Shown piece by piece: positions 47,484 to 55,019 of a stretch of 64,000 bases of DNA. Position 1 is the first letter of the stretch. Each line of letters begins with the position of its first letter. Below the pieces are notes generated by a model. The model was not told where the DNA came from. It did not search any database and was given only the letters and a program-made list of their open reading frames with translations. A program made the translations under genes and the position numbers. Origin of the DNA: an uncultured Lentisphaerota bacterium (GTDB lineage Bacteria; Verrucomicrobiota; Lentisphaeria; Victivallales; UBA1829); NCBI GenBank assembly GCA_900320095.1, contig ONQZ01000007.1:534-64533 (forward strand). Reading direction: 5' to 3'.

Positions 47484-50400
47484 TTATTGAGCCTGGGATG
47501 CCGGGAGGGAGCCGATTTCGGCGGCGTACTTCCCGTCGGGGAAATGCCTGCGGTATTTCCTGACCATGCGGTCGCGTTCTTCGGTGTTGCCGAGCAGGGC
47601 CGCCGTGTAGGCGGTACGGTAGATCGCCTGTTCGATCCACTGCATCGCGGCGGGATCAAACTCCTCTTCGGCGGCGGATTCTGTCTGCTGTCCGTCCACG
47701 GTCGCTCCTTCGGCCGTTTCGGCGGATCCTTCGCCGGTTTCGGGGACCGTCTCCGGTGCTATATCGGCGGAGGCGTCGTCCTCGTCTTCGGGGAACGCGG
47801 TCGCGGCGATGATGCTGAAGCATGCGTAAGCCTTGTTGATCGCGCCGGACTTCAGGAACGATTCGCCGGTCAGGACCTGCGCCTTGTTGTAGAGTTCGAA
47901 GTTTTCGGTCTGGTTGGCGCGCACGGAGATCTTTGCGAGTTCGGCGCGCGCTTCCTCGGCGCGTCCCTGCAGCTCGCGAGCCTCCGCCATCGCGAAGTGC
48001 ATGTCGTAGAAATAGGGCGAATCCTTCTCCAGCATTTCGATCTTCTCGAGCTCCGCGACCGCCTTTTCGAACTGCCCGGCCTTCGCGGCGGCGCGTCCGG
48101 CGTCCAGATGCAGGCGCTGTTCCAGCCTCGAAATGGCGGTCCGTGCGGCGGCCTTGTCGGATTTGAGTTCGGCGGCGCGCTGTTCGGAAAACCATTCGTC
48201 GAGGTTCGGATCCTGTATCGCCATGATGAGGCGTTCGCAGACCTTCAGTGCGATCTCCGCCGCTTTTTTCGCCTGGGATTCGTCGGGGCACTGGGAAAGC
48301 GTGGAGGCGATCCAGCGCAGATTCGTGATGGAGAGGTTCTTTGCCTGTTCCCCGGCGAAGAGCTTGTCGAAGATGTCGAGCGCCTTGGCGTAGTTGCCGG
48401 CGGTGTAGAGTGTGCGCGCAAGAACATACTGGGCGTTTTTCGCCTCGGCGGAATCCGGATAGCGGTTCACGAGCGTGGTCAGGATCTTCTGCGCCTCGCT
48501 GTCGCGGCCCATGTCCATGTGGATGATGCCGATGCGCATGAGGTAGGCCGAGGCGAGCGGATCGTCCGGATGCTTGCGCACGAACGACTCGAATTCGGAG
48601 ATCGCCTTGTCCCATTTTCCGGCGCCGTTGTACAGCCACGGGAGCAGGGAATCCGCGCGGCTGGCGGCCTTCTGCACCTCGGGCGTCTTCGCGACGGACG
48701 CGTATTTGCCGCCGTCTTCGAGTTCGCGGCGAAGCGCGAAGATCTCTTCCGCCGCCTCGTCATAGATCGTCGCGGCCTGCGCCTTGAGCTTGTCCGCCTT
48801 TTCGATCAGCGAGGCGTCCCCGGCGGCCTCGTCGCGGATGGACGCGGCCTGGTCGGCGAGACGGTCGGCCTCACGGGAAAGCATTTCGGGGATGATCTCC
48901 CGGACCACGGCGGCGACGGCCAGCGAGCTGGGGCCGAACGCGATGAATTTGCGGAGCGTGTTTGCCGCGCCATCGTAGTCGTCCTGCATGGCGAGGCAGT
49001 CGGCGTACTTCATGTATGCCTCGTCGGTCAGCTCGGGATTGTTGCCGAAATTCTCCATGATGACCTTGTAGGACGCCGCGGCTTTGTTCACTTGCGCCTG
49101 CCACTGCTTCTTCAGCGCGACGCGTTCGGCGGGATCGGACGAGGCGTTCAGGCGCTTGCCGATGGCGCTTGCCGAGTTCAGGTGTTCGCGTGCCACTCGG
49201 AGCGAGACGACGCCCGCGTAGGGATTCAGCATGTCAATGTCGAGCAGGAGCCTGTAAAGCGTGAGCGCGTCGCCCTTGAGCTGGGCGGCCTTCGCCGGAT
49301 CGGACGATGCCGCTTCGGCGGCCTGTTTCCACAGGATGTGTCCGGCGTTCAGGAGCGCGGTCGTGACGAAATCGTCCTTCGGGAGAAGCGCGGCATAGCT
49401 GCCCAGCACGACGGCGTTCGTGGAGTCGCCCATGTAGGCGTAGGAGAGGACAAGGCGGTTCACGAGCTCGGAGAGGCCGGGCGTGTAGCGGGACGCCATG
49501 CGCTGGAGGATGGGCAGGAGCTCCTCCACGACCAGATTGTACTGTTTGCTGGCGTAGTTCTGTTCCGCCCAGGCGGAAACGAGCGCGGACTGGTCGCTGG
49601 TCATCTCGGGCGCCTTGACCTTGGCGAATTCGGACTGATACGTGGATCGCTTGTCCGTGTCGATCGCCATGGCGCTTTCGGTGACCTGCTTGAAATCCTT
49701 GTACGCGGCCGGGGCGTCCTTGAACTGCGGATAATATTTCACGAGCTTGCCGAGGTACTTGAACGCGCGCCGGTAGTATGTGACCGCCTGCTTCTTGAGG
49801 TCGTTGTTCTTTTTCTCGTTGTATGCGGCCTCCGCCTGTTCGGCGAGCGCGAGGTAGGACCGCCCGGTCCAGAACTTTGCGTCCGCGGCGGGCGATTCGC
49901 TCTTCTTGCCGTCTTTTTCCAGCGCCTCGTCCGAAGCCTCGAAGAGGTCGGGATAACGCCGGACCTCCTCGCCGGCCTCCTCATATTCGCCGAGGAGGTA
50001 GAAACAGTGGATGATCTGGGCTGTGGCGTAGGCGGTGAGCATGTCCTGTCCGCCCCACTGGATGTCGTGGAAATCGACGGCGGAGGCGAGCACGGCGGTC
50101 TGCCAGTCGTTGGGGTCGACCCTGCGGAGACGGCTCTTGTCGCCGGAATTCCACTTGTCGCGGTTCTTCACCTCGCCGGAGGTCTTTTTGCGCGCGAGCT
50201 CCATTTCGTCGATCTTCATGACACGGTCGAGGTCCATGCCGAGGATTTCGCCGAGCTGCTTGTACGCCTTGATGCGGTCCTGCTGCTTGCCGGTGTTGCC
50301 GGGATTGTTCACGACCTCCTTCGTGAGGTCCGCGATGCGTTTCTGGAGGACGGTCAGTTCGGTCTGCTTGCTCTTGTCCTTCATCAGGTCGGAGAGCCTG

Positions 50401-51011
50401 CGCTGGAACGCCGCCTTCTCGCGCTGTTCGGCGCGACGGTTGTTCTCCGCGGTGGCGAGCTGCATGACGGCCTTGGTGTACATGGTGGCGCGTTTATCCG
50501 AGGTGGTGCCGCGGGTCCAGTCCATGAGCGAGGCGGCGTCGTTCTCGCGTCCCTCCTGGTAGTAGATGTTCAGCAGGGCGGTGAGGGGGCGCTCGAAGTC
50601 GGTCGGGTCGACCTTCTCGCGTTTCAGGTGGTTGTAGAGTTCCTCCAGCGGCTTCAGCGCCTTCTGGTTGTCCTTTTTCATGAAGTGGTACACGCCGAGC
50701 GTGCCGAGGGACTGGTAATAGGCGGGGTCGGTCTTCGGGATGCCGTCGATGATCTTCTGGGCTTCCTCGTTTTTCCCGGAGGCGAGATAGGTCTCCGCGA
50801 GCTGGACGCGGTAAAAATTCGCCATGTCCTTGCTCTTGTTTTCCGCCAGGCGTTCCGTGAGGAACCGCGTCGAGAAGTCGTACAGCCCCAGGGCGTTGAG
50901 CTCGCGCGAATATGCCATGTCGCGTTTGACCGCGCCCGACTGCGCGAACGCGGCCGCGCCCGGGAGCGTCAGCATCGCCAGTATCGCCAAATAACTGATT
51001 TTGTTCAGCAT
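47484..51011 (-). CDS. Large secreted TPR protein (1175 aa)
   Basis: Signal peptide MLNKISYLAILAMLTLPGAAAFA; many TPR-like units (FVRKHPDDP, LVNRYPDSAEAKNAQY, YRRHFPDGKY). Confidence 0.85.
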   Translation of the reverse strand: MLNKISYLAILAMLTLPGAAAFAQSGAVKRDMAYSRELNALGLYDFSTRFLTERLAENKSKDMANFYRVQLAETYLASGKNEEAQKIIDGIPKTDPAYYQSLGTLGVYHFMKKDNQKALKPLEELYNHLKREKVDPTDFERPLTALLNIYYQEGRENDAASLMDWTRGTTSDKRATMYTKAVMQLATAENNRRAEQREKAAFQRRLSDLMKDKSKQTELTVLQKRIADLTKEVVNNPGNTGKQQDRIKAYKQLGEILGMDLDRVMKIDEMELARKKTSGEVKNRDKWNSGDKSRLRRVDPNDWQTAVLASAVDFHDIQWGGQDMLTAYATAQIIHCFYLLGEYEEAGEEVRRYPDLFEASDEALEKDGKKSESPAADAKFWTGRSYLALAEQAEAAYNEKKNNDLKKQAVTYYRRAFKYLGKLVKYYPQFKDAPAAYKDFKQVTESAMAIDTDKRSTYQSEFAKVKAPEMTSDQSALVSAWAEQNYASKQYNLVVEELLPILQRMASRYTPGLSELVNRLVLSYAYMGDSTNAVVLGSYAALLPKDDFVTTALLNAGHILWKQAAEAASSDPAKAAQLKGDALTLYRLLLDIDMLNPYAGVVSLRVAREHLNSASAIGKRLNASSDPAERVALKKQWQAQVNKAAASYKVIMENFGNNPELTDEAYMKYADCLAMQDDYDGAANTLRKFIAFGPSSLAVAAVVREIIPEMLSREADRLADQAASIRDEAAGDASLIEKADKLKAQAATIYDEAAEEIFALRRELEDGGKYASVAKTPEVQKAASRADSLLPWLYNGAGKWDKAISEFESFVRKHPDDPLASAYLMRIGIIHMDMGRDSEAQKILTTLVNRYPDSAEAKNAQYVLARTLYTAGNYAKALDIFDKLFAGEQAKNLSITNLRWIASTLSQCPDESQAKKAAEIALKVCERLIMAIQDPNLDEWFSEQRAAELKSDKAAARTAISRLEQRLHLDAGRAAAKAGQFEKAVAELEKIEMLEKDSPYFYDMHFAMAEARELQGRAEEARAELAKISVRANQTENFELYNKAQVLTGESFLKSGAINKAYACFSIIAATAFPEDEDDASADIAPETVPETGEGSAETAEGATVDGQQTESAAEEEFDPAAMQWIEQAIYRTAYTAALLGNTEERDRMVRKYRRHFPDGKYAAEIGSLPASQAQ

Positions 51012-51073
51012 AAAAACTCCGGCCGTGTCAGGTTTTCTTTATAAAATATGGACGTCAGAAAAAAATACCCCAT

Positions 51074-51102
51074 ATTATATCACAGTTTTTGTCAAATGTC
51101 AA
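51074..51102 (-). promoter_or_regulatory. Perfect-consensus promoter of the TPR-ExbBDD operon
   Basis: TTGACA-17-TATAAT with an extended TG. Confidence 0.85.
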
Positions 51103-52574
51103 GCGTATTTTGTCAGGCTTTTTGCCCAAATCGACAGACTTTCGTCGCGCGCGCCCGCCACGATCACCACGTCGCCGCGTTTCACGGCCTGGTTCAGATA
51201 CTTTTCGCACTCCTGGCGGTCCTCGAAATCCAGGACGGAAGCGGCTCTGGCGCCCGACGCCTCACGGCAGGTCACGGCGACCTCGGCGCTGGTCGGGCTG
51301 AACGACGCCGTGCCGCCCGCGTAGTAGACCGGCAGGAAGATGAACTGGTCGGCGGGACGCAGGATCGAGGGCAGGGCTTTCGCGAGGGCTTCGCGCATGA
51401 ACCTCAGCGGGGCGAATCCGTGCGGCTGGAAGACCGTAATCACGCGGCCGTCCGGGGCGAGCTCCTGCGCCGCGCCGATGCACGACGCCAGCTTCTCCAC
51501 ATTGTGCGCATAGTCGTCGATGACCTGCGCGCCGTTCGCCATGACGCCCGCGCGGTCGAACCGACGCGCCACGCCGCTGAACTCGGAAACCGCCTTTAGC
51601 GCCTCCGTGGAATCGTAGCCGCGCGAGGTCAGCACGGTATGCACCGCGAGCGCGTTCATGGCGTTGTGACGGCCCGGCATCGGGAGACGGATCTCCGGCA
51701 GGCCGTTGAACGCGCACCACGCGCTGCCGTCCGCCACGCGGTAGGAATCCAGCCGCAGGACGGGGCGTCCGGCGCAGGAGACGGGCGCGTCCGGATCGCC
51801 GCTGAAGAGCAGGATCATTTTTCCCGAGGGGAATTTTTCCGGGCCGATCTCCTGAAACGCCGCCAGCTCCATGACCACGCACGAGCGCGCCGAGTCGGCG
51901 AATTCCAGGAAGACTTCGGCGAGCTCCTCGCGGGAATAGTGGTCCGTGCCGATGTTCAGGATGAGCGCGGCGTCCGGCACATAATTCAGCAGACTCTTGT
52001 CGCTCTCGTCCGCCTCGATCACGAAATCGCGCCCGAATCCGCCGCGGTAGTTCCCCGCCGCGCCGCCCTCGCGGAAGCGTTTCACATAGCCGCCGCTCAG
52101 CATCCCCGGATCGCCGCCGAGACGGTCCAGCGAGTCCGCCAGCCAGGCGCTCACGGTCGTTTTGCCGCATGTGCCTGTCACGGCGATCGTGAAGCGTCCG
52201 CGCAGCGCCTTGATCCCGAGCGACAGCGCCTCGCTCCTGTGGAGACGGCGCGTGCCCGGCGGCGCGCATCGGAAGTCGGGGTTGTCCTCCTCGATCGCGG
52301 TCGAGTAGACGATCGCGTCCGGCACATAGCCGTCCGCGTAGACCGAGCCGTCCTGCGGACAGAGTTTCGCGCCGCATTTGCGGAGCGCCGCGAAGATGCG
52401 TTCATTCTCCGGGTGTCCGAGCGCACGGTCGCTGCCGGTTACGGTGCAGCCGAGGTCGCGGAACATCTGTGCGAGTCCGCTCATGCCGATGCCGCCGATG
52501 CCGACGAAGTGGATGGATTTCGGGAGATCCGGATGCGCTCCGGAGGAAGATTTGACGGTCGGTTCCGATGTCAT
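51099..52574 (-). CDS. MurC/Mpl-like amino acid ligase (divergent)
   Basis: HFVGIGGIGMSGLA, VTGSD, GTCGKTT, VIEADESD, MPGRHNAMNA, IDDYAHN, VFQPH. Confidence 0.85.
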   Translation of the reverse strand: MTSEPTVKSSSGAHPDLPKSIHFVGIGGIGMSGLAQMFRDLGCTVTGSDRALGHPENERIFAALRKCGAKLCPQDGSVYADGYVPDAIVYSTAIEEDNPDFRCAPPGTRRLHRSEALSLGIKALRGRFTIAVTGTCGKTTVSAWLADSLDRLGGDPGMLSGGYVKRFREGGAAGNYRGGFGRDFVIEADESDKSLLNYVPDAALILNIGTDHYSREELAEVFLEFADSARSCVVMELAAFQEIGPEKFPSGKMILLFSGDPDAPVSCAGRPVLRLDSYRVADGSAWCAFNGLPEIRLPMPGRHNAMNALAVHTVLTSRGYDSTEALKAVSEFSGVARRFDRAGVMANGAQVIDDYAHNVEKLASCIGAAQELAPDGRVITVFQPHGFAPLRFMREALAKALPSILRPADQFIFLPVYYAGGTASFSPTSAEVAVTCREASGARAASVLDFEDRQECEKYLNQAVKRGDVVIVAGARDESLSIWAKSLTKYA

Positions 52575-52666
52575 AAAAAGCAGCCTCAGATGAATTGTGT
52601 TTCAAGTTCAGAAAACAATAGCATCATCCGGCTGAAAAATCAATCCGTTCCGCCTGAAAAAACGCA

Positions 52667-52702
52667 AAAAAAACAGGGCCGGAAACGATTTCCGGTCCTG
52701 TG
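52667..52702 (-). terminator. Terminator of rplM-rpsI-argC
   Basis: Minus strand CAGGACCGGAAA-TCG-TTTCCGGCCCTG followed by T8. Confidence 0.8.
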
Positions 52703-52741
52703 AGGTCCTTAACGAGTGGGAGTGCCGCGTTTCGCGGCGTC

Positions 52742-53770
52742 TCAGACCAGAGCCGTCTCCTCGGGGAACCCGAAGCGGATGTTGAAGTCCTGCACAGCCT
52801 GTCCCGACGCGCCCTTGGTAAGGTTGTCGATGCAGGAGAAGAGCAGGAGTTTTCCGGTGTGGGAGTCGAGCTTGAATCCGATCTCGCAGCAGTTCGTGAG
52901 CGTGACGTGCTTCGTGTCCGGGAGTTTTCCGGCGGGGAGCACGCGCACGAACCGTTCGTTTCCGTATGCCTTCGCGAAGGCGTCCGCCACGGCTTCCTCG
53001 GTGCAGCCTTCGGCGGCGTCCAGGATGACCGTGGACTGGATGCCGCGGTTGGTCGGCACCAGGTGCGGGATGAAGTTCATGCTGAGGGAGGGCAGCCCGG
53101 CGGCGACGGCGAGCTCCTGCTCGATCTCGGGCAGGTGGCGGTGGCCGCTCACACCGTAGGCGCGCACGCTCTCGTTGCATTCCGGGAAGATGTACGGCAG
53201 GTCGACTTTGCGTCCGGCTCCGGTCACGCCGCTCATGCTGCACGCCACGATGCCTTCGGGCGAGGCGAGCTTTGCCGCCAGGATCGCGGTCGTCGGGAGC
53301 AGGATGCTCGTGACATAGCAGCCCGGGCAGGCGATCAGCTTCGCGGTGCGGATCTGTTCGCGGTAGCGTTCGGGGAGGCCGTAGACCGCGCTGGAGAGCA
53401 GGGCGGGCGCGGGATGGTCGATCTTGTAGTACTTTTTGTACTGGTCGAGGGAGCGCAGACGGAAGTCCGCGCTGATGTCAATGACGGTGAGTCCGGCATT
53501 GATGAACGGCTCGGCGAATTCGTGCGCGAGGCCGTGGGGAAGCGCCAGGAAAGCGGCGTCGCAGCCGGATTTGATGGCCTCGACGTCCGGCATGGAGAAA
53601 CTCAGGCCGGTCCCGGCGAGACGGGGGAAAATCTCCGCGATGTCCTTGCCCGCGTTCTGGCGGGACGTGATCACGCGGATATCGGCATACGGATGACGGG
53701 AAAGCAGGCGGAGAAGCTCTTCGCCTGCATATCCCGCGGCGCCGACGATCGCGACGCGTACTTTGTCCAT
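52742..53770 (-). CDS. argC: N-acetyl-gamma-glutamyl-phosphate reductase
   Basis: VGAAGYAG, FLALPHG, DISADFRL, ACPGCY, SGVTGAGR, HRHLPEIEQ, DNLTKGASGQAVQ. Confidence 0.97.
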   Translation of the reverse strand: MDKVRVAIVGAAGYAGEELLRLLSRHPYADIRVITSRQNAGKDIAEIFPRLAGTGLSFSMPDVEAIKSGCDAAFLALPHGLAHEFAEPFINAGLTVIDISADFRLRSLDQYKKYYKIDHPAPALLSSAVYGLPERYREQIRTAKLIACPGCYVTSILLPTTAILAAKLASPEGIVACSMSGVTGAGRKVDLPYIFPECNESVRAYGVSGHRHLPEIEQELAVAAGLPSLSMNFIPHLVPTNRGIQSTVILDAAEGCTEEAVADAFAKAYGNERFVRVLPAGKLPDTKHVTLTNCCEIGFKLDSHTGKLLLFSCIDNLTKGASGQAVQDFNIRFGFPEETALV

Positions 53771-53785
53771 GACAGCAGTCTCCAA

Positions 53786-54181
53786 TTAGCGTTTGGAGAA
53801 CTGGAAGCGTCTGCGCGCGCCCGGCTGACCGGGTTTTTTGCGTTCCTTGACTCTGGAGTCGCGCGTCAGCATGCCGCTGCTCTTCAGCACGGACTTGTAG
53901 TTTTCGTCCGTGAGAACGAGGGCTCGGGCGATGCCGTGACGGATGGCGCCGGCCTGACCGGCTTTGCCGCCGCCAACGACGGAGGCGTCGATGTCATACG
54001 CTTCGGCTGCGCCGGAGACGTTCAGGGGCTGCATCACATAACCGCGGAGAGCTTCGGTCTCGAAATATTCTTCGAACTTCTGGCCGTTCACGGTAATCTT
54101 GCCGCTGCCGGCGTCGATGCGGACGCGGGCGCTGGCGCATTTTCTGCGGCCGGTGGCTGCGATGGCGTTCTTCTTATCCAT
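53786..54181 (-). CDS. rpsI: 30S ribosomal protein S9
   Basis: TGRRKCASARV, GQAGAIRHGIARAL, ERKKPGQPGARRRFQFSKR. Confidence 0.99.
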   Translation of the reverse strand: MDKKNAIAATGRRKCASARVRIDAGSGKITVNGQKFEEYFETEALRGYVMQPLNVSGAAEAYDIDASVVGGGKAGQAGAIRHGIARALVLTDENYKSVLKSSGMLTRDSRVKERKKPGQPGARRRFQFSKR

Positions 54182-54195
54182 ATCTCAATGCTCCA

Positions 54196-54621
54196 TTATT
54201 TCACGGGTTCGGGTTTCTGGGCCGCGTGCGGATGCTCCGCACCGACGTACACTTTCAGCTTGGCGTACTGGGCACGGCCAAGACGTCCCTTCGGCATCAT
54301 GCCCCACACGGCCTCGCGGACCAGGCGGTCGGCATGCTTCGCGCGGATCATTTCCGGCGTTTCGATTCTCTGGCCGCTGCGGTAGCCCGTCCAGCGGATG
54401 TACTTCTTGCCGGTTTCCTTGCTGCCCGTGAGGACGGCTTTGCCTGCGTTGATCACGACGACGAACGCGCCGGTGTCAACGTGGGGAGTATAGGTCGGTT
54501 TATCTTTGCCGCGCAGAGCGTTCGCGATCTTGACGGCAAGTCTTCCAAGCGGTTCGCCCGCGGCGTCGAACAGCACGAATTTGCGCTCGATTTCGCCGGT
54601 CTTGGCCAAATAGGTTTTCAT
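54196..54621 (-). CDS. rplM: 50S ribosomal protein L13
   Basis: LGRLA, KPTYTPHVDTG, GMMPK, HPHAAQKP. Confidence 0.99.
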   Translation of the reverse strand: MKTYLAKTGEIERKFVLFDAAGEPLGRLAVKIANALRGKDKPTYTPHVDTGAFVVVINAGKAVLTGSKETGKKYIRWTGYRSGQRIETPEMIRAKHADRLVREAVWGMMPKGRLGRAQYAKLKVYVGAEHPHAAQKPEPVK

Positions 54622-54747
54622 TTCAGGATTGCTCCTTGTTCAGTTCAGTTTGTATCAACAAATAATCGAAAAAAGGGCGTTCCGGAACTGCCAGATCCCG
54701 GGACTTTCCTGACGTCGTATTCGGGATATACCACATCGGAATCAATT

Positions 54748-54776
54748 ACTATACATCCTGTTCCCGTTTTTTTCAA
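54748..54776 (-). promoter_or_regulatory. Promoter of rplM
   Basis: TTGAAA-17-TATAGT. Confidence 0.75.
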
Positions 54777-55019
54777 GAAAATTCCGTATTTTTCCATGAT
54801 TTTTTCCGCCGATTCCGCTTTTTTCGTAAAACTTTCCGCCGGGGCATCGATTCATCGCAGGTCTTCCTTTTGCTGAACAATCGTAAAAAATGACAAATGT
54901 TCCGGTTTGCGTCTTGAAAGTCCGGCTACTCGAATATATATTACCGTATCTTTTTTTCAGGCGGAAGTGATTCTTCCGCCATCCATAAACCCGTACAGCA
55001 CGACCCTCGGGAGATCCTT

